This document shows positions 9,467 through 20,232 of a DNA stretch of 64,000 nt, one piece after another; positions within the stretch are counted from its first letter, which is position 1; every line of letters starts with the position of its first letter. The notes under the pieces are model-generated. The model did not search any database, was not told the DNA's origin, and was given only the letters and a program-made list of their open reading frames with translations. Both the position numbers and the translations under genes were made by a program. The DNA is from an uncultured Planctomycetaceae bacterium (GTDB taxonomy: Bacteria; Planctomycetota; Planctomycetia; Planctomycetales; Planctomycetaceae): contig CAWFAK010000010.1 of assembly GCA_963813715.1 (NCBI GenBank), positions 1-64,000 on the forward strand, read 5' to 3'.

Positions 9467-12400
9467 ATGTGGATTGTTCGACTCGCTCTGCGACGCACCT
9501 ACACCTTCGTGGTGGTGGCGTTGCTGATCGCCGTGGTGGGCGGCGTCTCGATCTACCGGATGTCGACCGACATCTTTCCCGAGATCAACATCCCGGTCGT
9601 CAGCGTCGTTTGGCAGTTCACCGGCATGCCGGCCGACGAAATCGAAAAGCGGATCATCCTGCCTAATGAGCGTGTGCTGACGACGGCCGTCAACGACATC
9701 GAACACATCGAAAGTCAGTCGCTGTTCGGCGTCGGCGTGATCCGCATCTATTTCTATCCGGGGGCCCGCATCGAGGCGGCCGTGGCCCAAGTGACGGCCA
9801 CCAGCCAGGCGATCCTGAAGACGATGCCACCCGGCATCAACCCGCCATTCATCGTGCAGTACAGCGCGACCAGCGTGCCCATCGTGCAGATCGCCGTCAG
9901 CAGCGACACGCTGTCCGAGCGGCAAATCTTCGACTACGCGGCGAACTTCATCATCCAACGGCTGGGGACCGTGCAGGGGGCCCGCGTTCCCCAGCCGTGG
10001 GGCGGGAAGTGGCCGCAGGTAATGGTTGATCTCGACCCGAACGAGTTGTATGCCCGGGGACTCTCGCCGGTCGACGTGCAGAGTGCGATCAACAGTCAAA
10101 ACCTGATCATCCCCGCCGGCACGGCCAAAATCGGCGCGACGGAATACTACGTCAAACTCAACAGCAGCCCCGACGCCGCAGCGGCGCTTAATGACTTGCC
10201 GATTAAGACGGTCAACGGCGTGCCCGTTTATGTTCGTGACGTGGCCCACGTGCGGACGGGCTCGATGGTGCAAACGAACGTCGTTCGCCGCGACGGGCGG
10301 CGTGCCGTCTTGATGACGATTCTGAAGGGCGAAGGCGCGTCCACGCTGAGCGTCGTGAATCGGGTCCGGGCCGCGCTGCCGAATATTCAGGCCCAGCTGC
10401 CGCCCGAGCTCAAGCTCGACTTGCTCTTCGACCAGTCGGTCTTCGTGCAGGCGGCCGTCGAGGGAGTGTTAAAGGAAGGGGCGATCGCGGCCGGGCTGAC
10501 GGCCTTGATGATTCTCATTTTCCTCGGGTCGTGGCGGAGCACGGTGATCGTGGCGACGTCCATCCCGTTGTCGATATTGACGTCGGTCATCGTGCTCTGG
10601 GGGTTGGGGCACTCCCTCAACACGATGACGCTGGGAGGCATGGCGCTCGCGGTCGGTATTCTCGTCGACGATGCCACGGTGGAGATTGAAAACGTCCACC
10701 GCAATCTTGGCATGAAGAAACCGCTGCGTCGCGCGATTCTCGACGGGGCATCCCAGATTGCGGTGCCGGCCTTCGTTTCGACGCTGGCGATTTGCATCGT
10801 CTTCGTCCCGGTCGTCTTCCTGACCGGTCCGGCCGCGTCCCTGTTCTTCCCGATGGCGCTCGCCGTCGTGTTCGCGATGATGGCTTCGTACTTCCTCTCG
10901 CGGACGCTCGTCCCGACGATGGTGCTCTACCTGTTGCCGCCCGAAGTGCACGTGTATGCCGAGGGCGAGCACGAAAGTGGACCGCGAGACGGCCACCGCG
11001 CCGGGACCATCCAGGTCGGGCCGATCCAGCGTTTCCACTATGCCTTCAATCGCCAATTCGAGCGATTCCGGGCTTCGTACGTGGGACTGTTGAGCTGGGC
11101 GCTGGCCCACCGCGGGGTCACGGTCGCCGCGCTGCTGGGCTTCGCCCTGTGCTCGCTGGCACTGGCGCCGCGGATTGGCGAAGACTTTTTCCCCACCGTC
11201 GACGCCGGGCAGTTTCGCCTGCACGTGCGGGCCCCGTCCGGAACTCGCATCGAGCAGACTGAACGCCTCTTCGGCCAGGTGGAAGACGTCATTCGGCAGG
11301 TCGTTCCCGCCCAGGAGCGAAACCTGATCCTCGACAACATGGGCATGTCCCCGTCGTTCACAGTCCGCGCTTATATCGACAACGGCACAGTGACCGACGG
11401 CGACGGCGAAATCCTGGTCTCGCTCAATGAGAAGCATCACCCGACGGCCGACTACGTCGCCCGGCTGCGGGAAGAACTGCCGCGTCGGTTCCCGGGTAGC
11501 ACGTTCTTTTTCCAACCGGCCGATATCACCAGCCAGATCCTCGACTTCGGCTTGCCCGCACCGATTAATGTGCAAGTCGTCGGCGTCAACGTGAACGGCA
11601 ACCTGGCCGTCGCACAGAAGCTGCAGACCAAGCTCGGTGCGATTCCCGGCATCGCCGACGTCCACATGCACCAGATCGTCAATCAGCCGACGCTGAAGGT
11701 CGACGTCGATCGCGTGATGGCCTCGGAACTCGGACTGACGCAGCAGAACGTCGCGAACAGCCTGCTCGTCTCGCTCAGCTCGACTACGCAAGTGACGCCC
11801 AATTACTGGGTGAACTGGGTCAACGGCGTGAACTATGTGTTGGCCGTGCAGACGCCGCCCGATCGGATCAGCTCGGTTGATTCGGTGATGAACACGCCGC
11901 TGATCAACGGAATCCCGACCACGCCAACCGCCGCGTCGGGTCGCTCGACCCAGATGGGCTCGGTGGCTCCGCCGCAATTGCTCAGTAACGTCGCCGCAGT
12001 GAGCCGGTCCGAATCGCAGTCGGTGGTGAGCCATTACAACGTTCAGCCGGTCTTTGAAATCAATGCCGACGTGCAAGGGCGCGACCTGGGCGGTGTTTCG
12101 GCTGACGTGAGCCGGGTCGTCGATTCGCTCAAGAACGAGTTGCCCCGCGGCAGCACGTTCGCGATCCGCGGGCAGGTGCAGAGCATGAACAGCTCGTTCG
12201 CCGGGCTGGCGTTCGGGCTGCTGTTTGCCGTGCTGCTCGTCTACTTCCTGATGGTGGTCAATTTTCAATCGTGGCTCGACCCGTTCATCATCTTGACGGC
12301 ACTTCCTGGGGCGCTCGCGGGCATTCTCTGGATGCTGTACCTCACGCGGACGACCGTGAGCGTCCCAGCGCTGATGGGGGCCATCATGTGTATCGGCGTC

Positions 12401-12835
12401 GCCACGTCGAACAGCATTCTGATGGTCACGTTCGCCAACGATCAGCGGCGTGACGGAGCCGACGCCCAGAGCGCCGCACTCGCCGCCGGACGCACGCGCT
12501 TGCGGCCCGTGCTGATGACCGCGCTTGCGATGATGATCGGCATGCTCCCGATGTCACTCGGACTGGGCGAGGGGGGCGAGCAGAACGCTCCGCTGGGCCG
12601 GGCGGTCATCGGCGGCCTGCTGGTGGCGACGGCCTTCACGCTGCTGTTCGTGCCGGTGATGTATAGCCTCCTGCGTCGCAAGGCGCCGAAGCCCGAAATC
12701 GTCGACGACTGGACCGACGAGAGGACCGTCCTGCCCTCCAATGGGCACCGCACCGAGCCCGCAACGGCGGTGGCCTTGGCCACGTCTTACGTCGGCACGG
12801 CAATCGACGAACCCATGCAAGGGCCCGTTCCATGA
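9467..12835 (+). CDS. RND efflux transporter permease (AcrB-like family)
   Basis: 1122 aa; LAVGILVDDATVEIEN; RLRPVLMTALA; APLGRAVIGGL. Confidence 0.95.
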   Translation: MWIVRLALRRTYTFVVVALLIAVVGGVSIYRMSTDIFPEINIPVVSVVWQFTGMPADEIEKRIILPNERVLTTAVNDIEHIESQSLFGVGVIRIYFYPGARIEAAVAQVTATSQAILKTMPPGINPPFIVQYSATSVPIVQIAVSSDTLSERQIFDYAANFIIQRLGTVQGARVPQPWGGKWPQVMVDLDPNELYARGLSPVDVQSAINSQNLIIPAGTAKIGATEYYVKLNSSPDAAAALNDLPIKTVNGVPVYVRDVAHVRTGSMVQTNVVRRDGRRAVLMTILKGEGASTLSVVNRVRAALPNIQAQLPPELKLDLLFDQSVFVQAAVEGVLKEGAIAAGLTALMILIFLGSWRSTVIVATSIPLSILTSVIVLWGLGHSLNTMTLGGMALAVGILVDDATVEIENVHRNLGMKKPLRRAILDGASQIAVPAFVSTLAICIVFVPVVFLTGPAASLFFPMALAVVFAMMASYFLSRTLVPTMVLYLLPPEVHVYAEGEHESGPRDGHRAGTIQVGPIQRFHYAFNRQFERFRASYVGLLSWALAHRGVTVAALLGFALCSLALAPRIGEDFFPTVDAGQFRLHVRAPSGTRIEQTERLFGQVEDVIRQVVPAQERNLILDNMGMSPSFTVRAYIDNGTVTDGDGEILVSLNEKHHPTADYVARLREELPRRFPGSTFFFQPADITSQILDFGLPAPINVQVVGVNVNGNLAVAQKLQTKLGAIPGIADVHMHQIVNQPTLKVDVDRVMASELGLTQQNVANSLLVSLSSTTQVTPNYWVNWVNGVNYVLAVQTPPDRISSVDSVMNTPLINGIPTTPTAASGRSTQMGSVAPPQLLSNVAAVSRSESQSVVSHYNVQPVFEINADVQGRDLGGVSADVSRVVDSLKNELPRGSTFAIRGQVQSMNSSFAGLAFGLLFAVLLVYFLMVVNFQSWLDPFIILTALPGALAGILWMLYLTRTTVSVPALMGAIMCIGVATSNSILMVTFANDQRRDGADAQSAALAAGRTRLRPVLMTALAMMIGMLPMSLGLGEGGEQNAPLGRAVIGGLLVATAFTLLFVPVMYSLLRRKAPKPEIVDDWTDERTVLPSNGHRTEPATAVALATSYVGTAIDEPMQGPVP

Positions 12836-14182
12836 CCACGACTAGCAACAACAATCACAACAACAACCATAACGGCCACGCGACAGGCGCGACCGCCGAA
12901 ATGACGTCCGCCGCCTTCGCTCCACCTCCCAACCGATTGAAACCCGTGCAACACACCGACTCGGAACATGCGGCCGATCTGGCCAACGTCACTCCCTGGA
13001 AAACCAGCCGGGTGGCGGCGGTAGGACTGGTCTTCGTGATTCTGCTGGTGGGAGCCTTCGCACTGGCCAGCGCGCCGCGAAGTCAGCACGAGCACGAGTT
13101 AGTCACTGCGGCGGAGGAACAGGCCAATGCCCCGCCGCATCGCGCCGTCGTGCTGGCCCGTCGCGGCAGCGCCGGCTCCGAACGGGAGCTGCCGGGCAAC
13201 GCCGAGGCGGACCTCACAACCTCGATCTATGGCCGCACGAATGGCTATCTGAAGCGGTGGCTCGTCGACATCGGCGACCACGTGAAAGAGGGGCAGTTGA
13301 TGGGCGAGATCGCCACTCCCGAGGTCGACGCCCAGCTCGAACAAGCCAAGGCCACGCTGCTGCAGTCGAAGGCCAATCTGCTCAAGCTGCAGGCCGACGA
13401 GGTCTACGCTCGGGCCGAAGAGTCCCGTTATCGTCCGCTCTTGCAGCGGGGGGCCGCCACCAAGGAAGCGTACGAACAGAAATTCGCGACAATGGCAGGT
13501 CGACGCCGCCTCCGTCTCGGCGATGGAAGCCACGATCAAAGTCAACGAGGCCGACATCCACCGGCTGACCGCGCTGCAATCGTACGAGCGGCTGACGGCT
13601 CCGTTCGACGGCATCGTGACCGCCCGCAACGTCGACCCGGGCGACTTGATCACGGCGGACAATCCGACCACGGAAAAGCAGCTGTTCCACGTCGCCAAGA
13701 TCGATCCGCTCCGCGTGTTTGTCGATGTGCCGCAGGTCTTTTCGACCGACATCAAGGCGGGACAGAAGGCCATCCTGTATCGCCGCGAGGATCCGGGCAA
13801 ACAGTATGCGGGCGTGGTCGAGCGGACGGCCAACGCCCTCGATCCGAACACGCGGACCCTGCGGACTCAGGTCGACGTCCCCAATCCGACCGGCGCGCTC
13901 TTGCCTGGAATGTATCTGCAGGTCAAATTCTCATTTGATCGGGAGGTGGTGCCCGTGATCGTGCCGACCGCCGCGATCATCGTGCGAACCAAGGGGCCGC
14001 GGATCGCCGTCGTGGACGAGCACGACCAGATCCACTATCGCGATGTGAAGCTGGGGAGCGACTTCGGCGAAGAGGTGGAAGTGCTGAGCGGCCTCAAGGC
14101 GGGAGAACGCCTGGTTGTCTATCCGGGTGACGACTTGCCGGAAGGAGCGAAGATCGAGCCCGACATGGCCGCCAACAAGTAA
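12832..14182 (+). CDS. RND periplasmic adaptor (MFP); frameshift ~13495
   Basis: TM anchor; GYLKRWLVDIGDHVKEGQ; LTAPFDGIVTARNVDPG; LDPNTRTL; ATGA overlap with the permease. Confidence 0.9.
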
Positions 14183-14214
14183 GCTTTCGCATGGCACCCG
14201 GAAGAGGAGACACG

Positions 14215-15108
14215 ATGACGACCGGATCCGACAGTAACGCGGCCAAAGTCGAGCTGGCCCATCAGGCGGGCCAGTTCAAGCTCGGGAACGATCTGACCGT
14301 CACTCGATTGGGCTTCGGTGCCATGCGGATCACCGGCAACGACGTTTGGGGCGAACCCGTCGATCGGCCGGCATGCCTCAAGGTCCTGCAGCGGGCCGTC
14401 GAGCTGGGAATCAACTTCATCGACACGGCCGACTCGTACGGCCCCGAAGTGAGCGAGCAACTGATCGCCGAGGCACTGTCTCCGTACCCAAGCGATTTGG
14501 TGATCGCCACGAAAGGCGGCTTCGAGCGACCCGGCCCGGGGCGGTGGGTCGAAAACGGGCTGCCGGGGCATCTGCGGGCGGCCTGCGAAGGGAGCCTCCG
14601 CCGCTTGGGGGTCGAGCGGATCGACCTTTACCAATTGCATCGCATCGATCCCAAAGTCGCCGCCGAGGATCAGCTCGGCACGCTGAAAGATTTGGTGGCC
14701 GAAGGCAAGATCAAGCACGTCGGCCTGTCGGAAGTGAGCGTGCGGCAGATTGAATTCGCGCGCTCGATTCTGCCCATTGTCAGCGTGCAGAACCGCTATA
14801 GCGTGTCCGACACAAAATCGGACGACGTGTTGACCTACTGCGAACAGCACCAGATCGGCTTCATCCCCTGGTTCCCGCTGGCCGCCGGCCAACTGTCTCG
14901 CTCAGACAGCCCGGTCGGCAAGCTGGCGACGCAGTGGAAAGCCACGCCGTCGCAAGTTGCCCTCGCGTGGCTGCTCTGGCGCTCGCCCGTAATGCTGCCG
15001 ATCCCTGGCACATCCAAGGTCGACCATCTCGAAGAAAACGTTGCCGCAGCAGCCATCCTGTCGGATGAGCAAAAGACACAAGCCTTCAGCCAGCTCGCGA
15101 CTCACTGA
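14215..15108 (+). CDS. Aldo/keto reductase
   Basis: LGFGAMRI; FIDTADSYG; IDLYQLHR; PIPGTSKVDHLEEN; GAGGAG RBS. Confidence 0.95.
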   Translation: MTTGSDSNAAKVELAHQAGQFKLGNDLTVTRLGFGAMRITGNDVWGEPVDRPACLKVLQRAVELGINFIDTADSYGPEVSEQLIAEALSPYPSDLVIATKGGFERPGPGRWVENGLPGHLRAACEGSLRRLGVERIDLYQLHRIDPKVAAEDQLGTLKDLVAEGKIKHVGLSEVSVRQIEFARSILPIVSVQNRYSVSDTKSDDVLTYCEQHQIGFIPWFPLAAGQLSRSDSPVGKLATQWKATPSQVALAWLLWRSPVMLPIPGTSKVDHLEENVAAAAILSDEQKTQAFSQLATH

Positions 15109-15128
15109 TCATCGGATTGTGTCGCCGA

Positions 15129-16133
15129 TCAACCTCCCGCTGCCAGCGGCTTTTTGCGGGCGATCGTGACCAGCACGAACAGGTCGTTTTCCAACTTCAT
15201 GTCGACCGGGGGCTTGTCCCAGCCGAGGGCCGCTCCGAGCGCGCGGGCGGCCTTGATCATCCACGCTGTCGCGAACCAGTATCTCGAAGCCGGCGGCGGC
15301 CAGGTCATCGGCCAAGAACGGGCAGCGGCCATCCGCCCACGGAATGTAGGGCTTGCCCGCGGCGTTCGGGGCGGGGCAAAGGTTGTAGATCACAAACCAC
15401 CCGCCCGGCTTCAGCGTCGCCGCCACCGCCTTGAGAAAGGCAGGGTCATCCACCCCCACGTTCACCAGCATCCGCGGGTCCACTTTCTCTGCCGGATGGA
15501 TGTAGCCCCGCTTGAGCGTGTTCTTCGAGAGGAACAGGTCGTAGCCGACGCCGACTGCTGCCACAACCTTGGGGTCGGCCGGAAACCGTCCATGAATGAG
15601 CTTCACCGAACCGCCCGCCGTGGCGAGCGGCCCCTGGTCACCCGGCGCGGCGTAGAGGACAGGCTGCAGAGGATCGACGTCGATGCCGACGGCCTGAGCT
15701 CCGAGTTCGGCGAACAACCGCAACTGCCCGATGCCGCCGTGGCCGAAGTCGATCACGCGTTTGTTCCGCAACATGCCGAAGCCGGCCCTGCCGAGCCGCT
15801 CCAGGGGGAGCAGATAGGCCAACGGCGAACCGTAGAAGAGGCCCTGGTACGTGTCCTCATCAATGGTCACCGGCGTCCAGGCGGCGCGGTCGGCCGCCGT
15901 CAGCTTCCCGAAAGCAGCGGCCCCGAGCCATTCGCGGGCTTTGCCGCGGCGGTAGACCGTTCGTGGTGCATACGGCGGCGTGCTCTCCGCGGCTTTGAGA
16001 AAGGACCGGCCCACTTCGCTTGCGCCAGTGGCCGGAGCTTGCGGGCCTCAGCGGGCAGTTCCGACGGTTGCGAAGCGGCGGCGGGGTCGGACGCGGCGAC
16101 GGCCGCGAGCAACAGGACAATGGTCGGCGTCAT
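15129..16133 (-). CDS. Putative exported class I SAM-methyltransferase-like protein; two frameshifts
   Basis: Signal-like MTPTIVLLLAAVAAS; VIDFGHGGIG motif I; AVGIDVD; LKPGGWFVI; pieced from ORFs 15900-16133, 15109-16014 and 15129-15332. Confidence 0.6.
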
Positions 16134-16315
16134 CCAAGCACCTCTGACGGCTTCGTGGAAAAGCGACGGAAGTTCTAGCCCAACGGCAGGCGCACGTCCA
16201 CAGCCCTCGTTATTCGAGATTGAGTCCAGGGCATCACCGTCTCGCCCGTGTGATGTTATCTTGTGGACTTGCTCCGCAATGATGCCGGAAAAGTGATGCC
16301 GGAAGAGAGAACAAC

Positions 16316-17341
16316 ATGGAAACGCTCGCGACCGAGTACACGGTTCGTCGCTTACGGGCTGAGGACGCGGAGGGCGTCGTCGATTGCGTGCGCCGCGTCT
16401 ACGGTGACAGCTACATCATTCACACCGAGCTCTACCATCCGGAGGAGATCGTTGCCCTCAATGAGGCCGGCCGGTTGGTCTCAGTGGTCGCGCTCGACGA
16501 CGGCGGCGAGATTGTCGGACATTATGCGTTGGAACGCCCCGACCCAAGTTTTCGCATCGCGGAATCGGGAGAGGCCATGGTGCTGCCCCAGCATCAGCAT
16601 CATCACCTGTTGGAAAAAATGCGTCTCCTGCTGGAAGAGGAGGCCGGCCGGCTGGGCTTGACCGGCATCTTCGGCCGCACGGTGACCAACCACCTCTTCA
16701 GCCAAAAGATGGTCGAGCGGTTCGGCGAACGACCGTGCGGCGTGAGCCTCGGTCGAACGCCACGCACGTTCCGGAACATGCGCAAAGCGCTCTCGCAACG
16801 AATGAGCGTCGTCTTCTATTTTAAATACCTCGGCACGGTCGACGCCGTCCGCATTCATGTCCCGTCGCGTCACCACGAGATGTGCCGGCAAATCTACGAG
16901 CAGTTCCAAGTCCAGCTTGATCTCGCGACGTCGCAATCCGTTCCCGAGTCCGGCGATTTCGTCGTCGACCATCACGCGGAGCTCAAGCGGGCGAACATCC
17001 TGGTTCGCCGGGTCGGCAAAGATACGGTTCACCAAGTCCGCACCGTTCACCGCGAACTGTGCCGCGGCCAACAAGTCGAGGTCGTTTATCTCGAGTTGCC
17101 GCTAACCGAACCCGGAACGCCGGAAGCGTGCCAGGCCCTCGAGTCCGAGGGATTCTTTTTCAGCGGAGTGGCTCCGCTTTACTTCCCCGAGGGCGACGTG
17201 CTACGGCTTCAATTTCTCAATGTCGACTTAGACACCAGCGTGCTGCAAATCGAAAGCCCCTTCGCGCGGTCTCTGCTGGCGTACGTCGACCAAGAGCGGC
17301 AGCGCAGCCAGGGGCAAATGACGGCCGGTTCCTCGAGATGA
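16316..17341 (+). CDS. GNAT-family N-acetyltransferase-like protein
   Basis: VRRLRAEDAEGV; GEIVGHYAL; ESGEAMVLPQHQHHHL (variant motif A). Confidence 0.7.
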   Translation: METLATEYTVRRLRAEDAEGVVDCVRRVYGDSYIIHTELYHPEEIVALNEAGRLVSVVALDDGGEIVGHYALERPDPSFRIAESGEAMVLPQHQHHHLLEKMRLLLEEEAGRLGLTGIFGRTVTNHLFSQKMVERFGERPCGVSLGRTPRTFRNMRKALSQRMSVVFYFKYLGTVDAVRIHVPSRHHEMCRQIYEQFQVQLDLATSQSVPESGDFVVDHHAELKRANILVRRVGKDTVHQVRTVHRELCRGQQVEVVYLELPLTEPGTPEACQALESEGFFFSGVAPLYFPEGDVLRLQFLNVDLDTSVLQIESPFARSLLAYVDQERQRSQGQMTAGSSR

Positions 17342-17463
17342 ATTCGCCTGCGAAAGCCGATTTCTGTGATCCTTTTCGTCAGTTGCACGTTGATCGTCGT
17401 GCCGCAAGGAAACTCGCCGTAATGGGCGGTTTTGGATGCCGGCTCCGTTGAATTGGTCAAGTC

Positions 17464-18246
17464 ATGGCGATCATTGTCCGCTGCGGTGAATGTGGCTCAC
17501 GGCTCAAGTTCCGGGATGACGCGCTCGGAAAGCGGGCGAAGTGCGCGAAGTGCCGAAGGATCGTCGAGATTCGCCCAGACAGTGACGTGCGACAGGCCGT
17601 GGCCCCAGCCGCAGCGGACTTTCCCGACGAGTTTGCTGAGGTTGCGACAGTGGCAACCTCAAAGAACAGTCAGCGCACCTTCAGACCGAACCCTCAACCG
17701 AAGTCCCCTGACCCCGTCGAGGCGAGGGAGCCGAGAACGGTCGAGGAACCCACCGACCAGCGGGTTGTGCTCGGCGTGAGGATGCGGGTGCGCCTCATCG
17801 TCCTGATCCTGCTGCTGGTGCCGATCGTCGTGGCTTCACATCGCAGCCTGGGCGAACGCCTCTTGGCCTGTGTCGTCCCGCTGACAGTGACGGGAATGTT
17901 TCGTACCTCAAAGATTCGAGGAGACCGCTTCACGACGAGTTTTCATGTGGCCTTTCTTCCGGTGAAGACGCAGCGATGTCACCTGCGCGGCGTGACCTAC
18001 ATCAACACGAAATACGGGCACGAGGGATCCGGGTGGGGCACGATCATCCTCTTCGGACCTCTGCAGGCATTGTTCGGCCGACTCTTCGACTTTTTGATGC
18101 CGTCAATCGGAGGCCCTTATCAAATTCACCTCGTCACAGCGAAGGGACGCGAACTCACTGCCTGGCAGGGCTCGAAGCAACCTGAGTTCCGCCGCGTTCT
18201 CGATCTGCTTCTCGGCCTGACTCATGCCGAATTGCGATCAGTCTGA
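17464..18246 (+). CDS. Zinc-ribbon membrane protein
   Basis: N-terminal CGECG..CAKC ribbon, Pro/Glu linker, two hydrophobic helices. Confidence 0.75.
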   Translation: MAIIVRCGECGSRLKFRDDALGKRAKCAKCRRIVEIRPDSDVRQAVAPAAADFPDEFAEVATVATSKNSQRTFRPNPQPKSPDPVEAREPRTVEEPTDQRVVLGVRMRVRLIVLILLLVPIVVASHRSLGERLLACVVPLTVTGMFRTSKIRGDRFTTSFHVAFLPVKTQRCHLRGVTYINTKYGHEGSGWGTIILFGPLQALFGRLFDFLMPSIGGPYQIHLVTAKGRELTAWQGSKQPEFRRVLDLLLGLTHAELRSV

Positions 18247-18755
18247 TGGGGTGGTTCTGAGCTGGATCGAAAGAGAATCTCTAAACGCCGCTATCGGCCC
18301 TCGTCCCTGGTCATCCCAAGTCTCTCACGGGTGGCAGGGTTGCGACGGCCAAGAACAAATCTTCAACTTCCTAGAGTGCGGCCGCGAGCTTGGGGCTGGT
18401 GTCCGGGTGTTTCCTATGAAGTGCTGATCGGTGGATTTCCCGCCGGCCCAAATTCGAAGGCAGATTTTCGCACTCCGAAATTGGCCCAACGGCCATGGGC
18501 CGATCACGGTGCGCCCGCGGCTCCCGACGCGATTCGCACGCGTGTCGGATGGCAATTCGAAATCCCCCCTTGGGCGGAAAGCGACCAGACATCGGAGGTC
18601 TGCTCGGCCTATAATGGCTAGCCTGCAGGAACGAGAAAGGACGCTGGATTGCGTCTGACACGGACGGCCGCCGTCGGGACTCATCGTCGCGCTCGGGATC
18701 TGGGGGAGAGCGGACGAAAGCGTTGGACGCAGGATCACTCCTCGTGAGGTCCGTT

Positions 18756-19043
18756 ATGCACTGTCAACACCTGCAGGGGCTTGTTCCGACTCCCGCCCGG
18801 ACAGAGGGGTGTGAAGAGTGCCTGAAAGTCGGTGCGCCCTGGGTTCATCTTCGGCTTTGTCTCACTTGCGGTCACGTCGGCTGCTGTGACAGCTCGCCCG
18901 GCCGTCACGCGACAAAGCACTTCCACCAATCGCACCATCCCGTGATGGCTTCGTTCGAGCCGGGCGAAGAATGGGCCTGGTGCTTTGTCGATGAGATGGA
19001 GCTGCCCGTGCCGCAGCAATTTGTGCCCTATTTGCGATCGTAA
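18756..19043 (+). CDS. UBP-type zinc finger protein
   Basis: CEECLK..WVHLRLCLTCGHVGCCDSSPGRHATKH..WAWCFVD. Confidence 0.9.
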   Translation: MHCQHLQGLVPTPARTEGCEECLKVGAPWVHLRLCLTCGHVGCCDSSPGRHATKHFHQSHHPVMASFEPGEEWAWCFVDEMELPVPQQFVPYLRS

Positions 19044-19170
19044 AGAGTCCCCTTCGTTCACGATTGTTTAAAGGAAATTTGAAGCGGCGAATTTCATGCT
19101 GGCGACGGATTGCTGCAAAGTTCTTCTCGACTTAACCACCTTGATGGACGGCCTAGAGAGATCAGCAATT

Positions 19171-20149
19171 ATGAACCCTTCCGTCACCATGCAGCAGGGC
19201 TTCTCGAGAGCCCGGCGCGTGTTTTTTCGCGACGTGATTGCCGGACTGCGCTCGACGCCCAAGCAGTTGCCCTGCAAGTATTTCTACGATCGCCGCGGCT
19301 CTGAGCTCTTCGATCAGATCTGCCAACTTGACGAGTACTATCTGAACGCGCGCGGAATTGGCCCTCATGGATCAGTTCGCGCCCGAGATGGGGGCGCAGA
19401 TCGGCGCCGGCGCGATGCTGGTCGAGTATGGGAGCGGCAGCAGCGTCAAAACGCGGTACCTGTTGGACGGCCTGCCCAATCCGGTTGCGTACGTTCCCGT
19501 GGATATTTCAGGCGACCACTTGCAGCAGACCGCGCGGGAACTGGCCCGCGATTATCCGCGAATCGAGATCCTGCCGGTGTGCGCCGATTTTACGAAAGAC
19601 TTCGCATTGCCGCGCTCGCAGCGGACGGCGTCGCATGCCGCGGTCTACTTTCCCGGGTCGACGATCGGCAATTTCTTGCCAGGCGAAGCGGTCGCGTTGC
19701 TCCGTCGCATCACGCGGATGTGCGGCAATGGGGGCGGCTTGCTGATCGGCATCGACCTGAAAAAGAGCATTCCGACGATCGAAGCTGCCTACAACGATCG
19801 GCTCGGCGTGACGGCCGAATTCAATCTCAATCTCCTGCGCCACATCAATCGCGAGCTGGGCGCGGACTTTGATCTGGACAGGTTTTTCCATCAGGCCCGC
19901 TACAACGCGGAGCTGGGTCGAGTGGAAATGCACCTGATCAGCCGCCAGGCGCAGACGGTCACGTTGGGCGGCGAAACCGTCGAGTTTGAGCCGGGCGAAA
20001 CGATCTGCACGGAGCACTCGCACAAATACACGGTCGACGAGTTCGCAGCTGTGGCCTCCGCCGCCGGACTCACGCTTCGCCGAGAATGGACCACTGAAAA
20101 GAGGGAGTTCGCAGTCTTGCACTTTGCCGTGCTGCAACGCGCGGGCTGA
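19171..20149 (+). CDS. egtD: L-histidine N-alpha-methyltransferase; frameshift ~19345
   Basis: [61 protein letters not shown]. Confidence 0.92.
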
Positions 20150-20232
20150 CTTGACCGGGCGGCTCAGCGCTCTCGTAACCGCCAATCCCTTCACTTTGAG
20201 GCATGGGAACACCTTCTCAGAGGAGTGCTGTG

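Noticed and set aside
18247..18755. Short ORFs in a ~500-bp gap
   Set aside because: No recognisable motif, RBS or repeat structure; could be a decayed fragment but unsupported.
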